Below are positions 59,727 to 64,000 of a stretch of DNA of 64,000 bases, one piece after another; position 1 is the first letter of the stretch, and the number at the start of each line of letters is the position of its first letter. The position numbers were made by a program, and so were the translations under genes. The DNA comes from an uncultured delta proteobacterium (lineage in GTDB: Bacteria > Desulfobacterota > Desulfuromonadia > Desulfuromonadales > BM103), in assembly GCA_963715335.1 (NCBI GenBank), contig CAVQRZ010000001.1, positions 224,001-288,000 of the forward strand, written 5' to 3'. The notes under the pieces are model-generated. The model searched no databases. It saw only the letters and a program-made list of their open reading frames with translations, and had not been told where the DNA came from.

Positions 59727-61136
59727 TCAATCTTGTGAGATACGGTCCTTGCCCAGTGACTTAGCCTTGTACATTGCCTTGTCAGCAAGTTGCACAAGCT
59801 TATCGCAAGATTGGATGCTGTTCTCTGTGAAGGTTGAGGTGCCTGAACTGATTGTAACCTGTTCGCCATTGAGGCCTTCAAACTTGTGTTCCCGAATTAG
59901 CGAGCTTATTCGGCCTGCCGCCTGCAGGGCTCCTTCTGAGGTAGTGTTTGGTAGGATAACCGCAAATTCTTCTCCGCCATATCGTGCTGGTATATCACTT
60001 TGCCTGGCTATGCTGTTCGTGAGTTGACCAATTGTACCGAGGACCATATCGCCTTGGGTATGACCGTAATTGTCGTTAATCCGTTTAAAGTTATCGATGT
60101 CAAAAAAGACCAGGGAAAGAGCCGTGTGATAGCGGCTCGCTCTGCTGAACTCTTTTTCCAGACAGCTGTAAAAATGCTGATGGTTGTAGAGTTTTGTTAA
60201 TCCGTCCCGAATGGACATTTCCTCAAAATATTCTTGTGCGGTTTGTGTCCTCTCGAACAGGATCGCCGTTTCCAAGGCGTTTGCGGAAAGGTTCGCAACC
60301 AATTGACACAGCTTGTGGATTCTTTTGGTGACACCATCGGACAGAGGGGTCGCCATCCGCAGGAGAAAAGTCCCTATGACGCTCTCCTTTTTAATGACCG
60401 GAATGACAACGATTGAATTGAAATTAAGACCTTTAATCTGTGTCCTTACGGAGTCCATGAGAGGGTCATTTTTTATGTCATTAATTATAACGGGCTGTTT
60501 TGAATCAAGGGCCTTGTCGATTTCCGGATAATTACATAACTCCAACTTTATATCTTCATGGATCTCGAGGTCGCTACTGGCTTTGACATAAGGGATACCT
60601 TCGTTGTTGATGCTGACAATGGAGCAGCGCGCATTGCCAATCATATCCGCCATCTTGTCAACGATCAGATGAAGGATGGTCATCGGGTTGCGGATCGCAG
60701 AAATGTTTTCTGCCAGCTCAAGGAGCAATATCAAATCTCTTTGCTCTAAATCAGAATAGTAGTCTTTGGGTCTGAGGTGAGCGCCTACCCGAGCAAGGAT
60801 TTCTGGGAGACACATCGGTTTTGCAATGTAATCGTCAGCGCCGACCTTTAGCCCACGAGCAATGTCTTCCTTTTTTGACAGCGAGGTGAACAAGATGACA
60901 GGGATTTTTCTAGTCTCAGCGTTCTCCTTGAGAGCACGACAGGCATCAATCCCGTCTTTTACGGGCATTTCAACATCCATGATAATCAGGTTGGGTTTCA
61001 GTGCCCTGGCATGAGAGATGGCGTCCTCACCATTTTCCCCTTCTATGATGTCGTATTGGTCTTCAAGGGCATTTTTCAGCACACTTCTGAAAAAGAGCTC
61101 ATCATCAACAACAAGGATTTTTGATTTTGTCTGCAC
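59727..61136 (-). CDS. REC-GAF-GGDEF diguanylate cyclase
   Basis: VVDD, MDVEMP, KP; GAF-like middle; DIDNFKRIND, GHTQGD, RQSD I-site, RYGGEEF. Confidence 0.92.
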   Translation of the reverse strand: MQTKSKILVVDDELFFRSVLKNALEDQYDIIEGENGEDAISHARALKPNLIIMDVEMPVKDGIDACRALKENAETRKIPVILFTSLSKKEDIARGLKVGADDYIAKPMCLPEILARVGAHLRPKDYYSDLEQRDLILLLELAENISAIRNPMTILHLIVDKMADMIGNARCSIVSINNEGIPYVKASSDLEIHEDIKLELCNYPEIDKALDSKQPVIINDIKNDPLMDSVRTQIKGLNFNSIVVIPVIKKESVIGTFLLRMATPLSDGVTKRIHKLCQLVANLSANALETAILFERTQTAQEYFEEMSIRDGLTKLYNHQHFYSCLEKEFSRASRYHTALSLVFFDIDNFKRINDNYGHTQGDMVLGTIGQLTNSIARQSDIPARYGGEEFAVILPNTTSEGALQAAGRISSLIREHKFEGLNGEQVTISSGTSTFTENSIQSCDKLVQLADKAMYKAKSLGKDRISQD

Positions 61137-61280
61137 TGATATCCCCTAATATGTCCAAAGCCTTACATTAAAGATGACTTGTGAGATTACTCATTTACTG
61201 GAGAGTCTGCAATCAAAGAAAGCCCTCAACCCACAGATTGGGGCCTTTATGATTTCTGTATGGCGATGAACCTATAAATT

Positions 61281-61628
61281 TTATGTCGTCAAATCAACAA
61301 TCTCTGCCTCTAGTAGATGTTCCTTCATATATTGGATTCCGGCTTCCATAGACAGGCTGTGTGTATATATTGAGCTTTGACCAATTGAAGAATTATTCTG
61401 AGCTTTGAAGGTAAACCAAGATTGATCTGGTGAGGTTCCTTTGCGAAGATAACATCCGTCTTCCGTGGAGGTTCTTTTTATTTTTTCGGCTGTTGCAACG
61501 GCCTCTACAATGTCCTCGAAAAATATGCTTATGAAAATTCCATTGTATGGCAACTTGAAGACAAAGTAGTACTCATTGCCACCGGCTTTTCGTATCTCTA
61601 TTTGTGGGCATCCTTCTATCTTTTTCAT
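61281..61628 (-). CDS. YegP/DUF1508-like small protein
   Basis: WFTFKAQNNSSIGQSSIY...MEAGI pattern in a tandem two-repeat layout. Confidence 0.55.
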   Translation of the reverse strand: MKKIEGCPQIEIRKAGGNEYYFVFKLPYNGIFISIFFEDIVEAVATAEKIKRTSTEDGCYLRKGTSPDQSWFTFKAQNNSSIGQSSIYTHSLSMEAGIQYMKEHLLEAEIVDLTT

Positions 61629-61774
61629 GCAACGCTCTTGTTTTGCTTTATTGTTTTGTGAGTCATCAAGGCAAGCTTAGCAAAAAAAGCTCATAAATCT
61701 CTCACCGACGATGAAACAAAAAAGCCCCACATACAGAAAAGGAGGCTGTGGGGAAGTGGATTGTCTTATCTCTA

Positions 61775-62155
61775 TCAACAAGATGCTGATTTCTCTTTTA
61801 AGTCGTGTAAAGTGAGATACACTTCTTCGCCTTTCAAAAACTTTAGAATATAGACCCCCATTCCTGATTTCATTATATGGTTAAGGCGCAGGGCTCCCTT
61901 TTTAGACCATTGCACCCGACCTGCTATCAGAATTATTTCTCCGTCGCGTGTTGTCAGCTCGCAATTCAGTTCGACACCAGTTTTGTAGACTATTCGTGAT
62001 TCCACGAAGAAGCCTTGAGACGAGACGTCGCTCAAATAACCGATGTGTTCTAGCTTGTCGTGTCCGAACTTTATTGCGATGCGTTTTTTATTGCGTTGTT
62101 CAAGTCTTGAGTCTGGCAAGTTTCGATTCCAATCTGTGTATAAATTCTGTCTCAA
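61775..62155 (-). CDS. Stand-alone PilZ domain protein (start uncertain)
   Basis: EQRNKKR (RxxxR) and DVSSQG (DxSxxG), GRVQW, GMGV. Confidence 0.85.
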   Translation of the reverse strand: MRQNLYTDWNRNLPDSRLEQRNKKRIAIKFGHDKLEHIGYLSDVSSQGFFVESRIVYKTGVELNCELTTRDGEIILIAGRVQWSKKGALRLNHIMKSGMGVYILKFLKGEEVYLTLHDLKEKSASC

Positions 62156-62213
62156 TAACCTAATTTATAGAGACGCCACTTATATGGCCTTGGCGCACTC
62201 GACGTTAGACATT

Positions 62214-62408
62214 TCACTCTGAATCCGGCTCGTTTGTCCAATTAAACTGGCGTAGGTTACGCCACAAAAAAGCGACAAACACACACGACAACATAACCAA
62301 CGTGCCGACGATTAATAAAACCGACCACGACGAGAAGTGATAAATCAAGGCAACGACAACACCCATACTGGCCATTAAAATTGCAAATGTCTGCATTGTC
62401 TCCCACAT
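62214..62408 (-). CDS. Small two-helix membrane protein, hypothetical
   Basis: 64-aa ORF with two hydrophobic stretches. Confidence 0.4.
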   Translation of the reverse strand: MWETMQTFAILMASMGVVVALIYHFSSWSVLLIVGTLVMLSCVFVAFLWRNLRQFNWTNEPDSE

Positions 62409-62859
62409 CTAAAAGTGTCTAGAACAACAATTCATTTCAGCAAATCTCAGGCCACAATCTGAAGATTTTGAGAATTTCAAGATGAGGAACGATAAGGTAT
62501 TGATAAACTTGTGGAAATTTTAGATGGAAAATTCTAGCTGTTTTTATTGTGATGTAGATTCAATTAGTTAAAAAGCAGAAAAGGGCCCAAAATTGTCCCT
62601 ATCGTAGTGAATTTTGAGGTCGGCCTGGCAGAACAAGGATCGGAGCCGAGAGATGTCTTGCTACCCCTAAAAAAAGTAGATAGCTACCCAGTGAGATCCA
62701 AGTGACCATCATTTTGTGGGTATTTTTATTTATATTACTGCATTGTTCCGGGATGCTCAGATTGGCAGTTTTGCGGAGTTCTTACTAGCCCTGACAAATA
62801 GGAAAGGCCACCCATTTCCAAGTGGCCATGTTTTGTGGATTAATGAGCCCCCTTTCTCT

Positions 62860-63297
62860 TCATTCCTTGATATTAGAATCCAAAAGTTCAGTCCAGGCTG
62901 ACGCTGCTAAAGCTTCGGTCAAATTTGCAATAATTGCCGACTGTGCGTGAACTGCATCTATAATCGCCTTCACCGGCTGTAATCTCACTGATGTGGTTGT
63001 ATCCAGGTTAATCTCCTTCATGTGCCAGTTCGGGAACAACCTTTTTAAGTCTCCGAGTTGTATTCCAAGAGTGATTATCTTTTCATGCCGGGGATCCTTC
63101 AAAATATTAGTAAAAAGCTTGTCAATATTTTCTTCTGGGCCTTCTATGATCTGAAAAAATAACCCTCCCTTTGCCATTAAGACTCCGGTTATGTCATGTT
63201 CAGCATTATTCTTCGCCGCTTGACTTGCAAGTTTCTCAATTTCGTTGCCAGACATCTCCTCTACGAAACTGCTCATATAATGTATCCGCTTAAGCAT
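62860..63297 (-). CDS. Stand-alone BLUF blue-light sensor
   Basis: HYMS (Tyr), NN...ITGVL, FFQIIEG (Gln), DPRH, FPNWHM; AAGGAG RBS. Confidence 0.93.
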   Translation of the reverse strand: MLKRIHYMSSFVEEMSGNEIEKLASQAAKNNAEHDITGVLMAKGGLFFQIIEGPEENIDKLFTNILKDPRHEKIITLGIQLGDLKRLFPNWHMKEINLDTTTSVRLQPVKAIIDAVHAQSAIIANLTEALAASAWTELLDSNIKE

Positions 63298-63677
63298 TTG
63301 TCTCTCCTTAGGGCAGGAATTAATGAATTATCCTCTAAGAGGCGGCCAGACCCGGTTTCGTGTTACGAAGCAATGGGGTACCGCTGGGGATTCTTAAGAG
63401 AATAATTTGCTGTTTTGCTACGAGTCTCCCCAGGCGGCATTCACCACATGTCACCAAGTCGATATCTTTGATCCGGGATGACCTTCAGGTGCAGGTTCTC
63501 TGCATCATCACCTATACACACATCTCAGGGAGCTGAATAAGGTCACAGACATTACTTGAAAAATTGACCTTTGCACTAAGATAACAGATCTCCATTGTTG
63601 CAAGACGCGGTCATGACCTGATTTACGTGAAGGTTCCCAATGGTTCTCCTTTTTTAATTTTCCGAGGACGTTCATCG

Positions 63678-64000
63678 TCAGGATGACTTTGCGGACCAGA
63701 TTCTGGCCCAGACATCTTTCAACATACCCGGATCCCGGTTCGCCCGCAGACGTTGTGCCGGGACAGGGTTGAGGTGTGGGTTGCCGGATTCGGCGACGAT
63801 GAAGGAAAAGACATAGCTCGGTTCAGCGCCCATGCGCAGATCGCTGATGACGACCGAGCCGTCGGCCTGCCAGACCTTGAAAAAGCCTTTAGTGAACCAG
63901 CGCAATCTTTCTACCGGCCAGTGATCTTCCAGGCTGGCCAGCAGTTCAGCGTGGCTTTCATAACGATTCAGCGTCACCTCGCTGTAGCCGTCCAGCAACG
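63678..64000 (-). CDS. C-terminus of a probable membrane metal-dependent hydrolase (truncated by window)
   Basis: GYS...RLRWFTKGF...DLRMG.EP.YVF.F...VWARIW pattern; GC-rich codon usage resumes. Confidence 0.6.
   Translation of the reverse strand, partial: LLDGYSEVTLNRYESHAELLASLEDHWPVERLRWFTKGFFKVWQADGSVVISDLRMGAEPSYVFSFIVAESGNPHLNPVPAQRLRANRDPGMLKDVWARIWSAKSS

Noticed and set aside
63421..63540. 6S RNA
   Set aside because: The closing stem spans only about 110 nt, too short, and no clear central bubble
57807..63677. Integron cassette array or prophage/IS island
   Set aside because: No attC-like RYYYAAC/GTTRRRY pairs, integrase, transposase or flanking direct repeats found; genes have their own promoters and terminators
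1..64000. CRISPR array, tRNA or rRNA genes
   Set aside because: No regularly spaced repeats or cloverleaf/rRNA signatures seen in any intergenic region

Overview
64 kb of GC-rich bacterial chromosome. Gene content points to a Desulfuromonadales/Geobacter-like deltaproteobacterium (inference). From left to right: end of an MMPL transporter and an acyl-CoA ligase; a GAF-GGDEF with the Hypr (cGAMP-synthase) Ser signature followed by an Fe-S protein; a complete V/A-type ATP synthase operon; an NrdR-boxed nrdJa-nrdJb-dCMP deaminase cluster; a Zn-free rpsD paralog behind a Fur-like box; sdaA; archease-rtcB-SDR; a group 1 [NiFe] hydrogenase operon; head-to-head GTP- and ATP-dependent PEP carboxykinases; DUF1127/LysR; an aapJQMP transporter; NRDE-thiL and a Dif-like chemosensory cluster; lolA, D-cysteine desulfhydrase, rimO, apbE/NusG-II/Gx transporter, hslO; DUF445, malonyl-CoA decarboxylase and DUF815; and a visibly AT-richer ~6 kb segment with PEP-CTERM, REC-GAF-GGDEF, PilZ and stand-alone BLUF genes. 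I saw no rRNA, tRNA, CRISPR array, transposase or integrase. All calls come from motif recognition by eye; no searches were run. Most genes belong to known families. The best leads are the Hypr GGDEF/Fe-S pair, the BLUF/c-di-GMP segment, the twin-PEPCK locus with its leader terminator, the Fur-boxed S4 paralog and the orphan flavinylation module.
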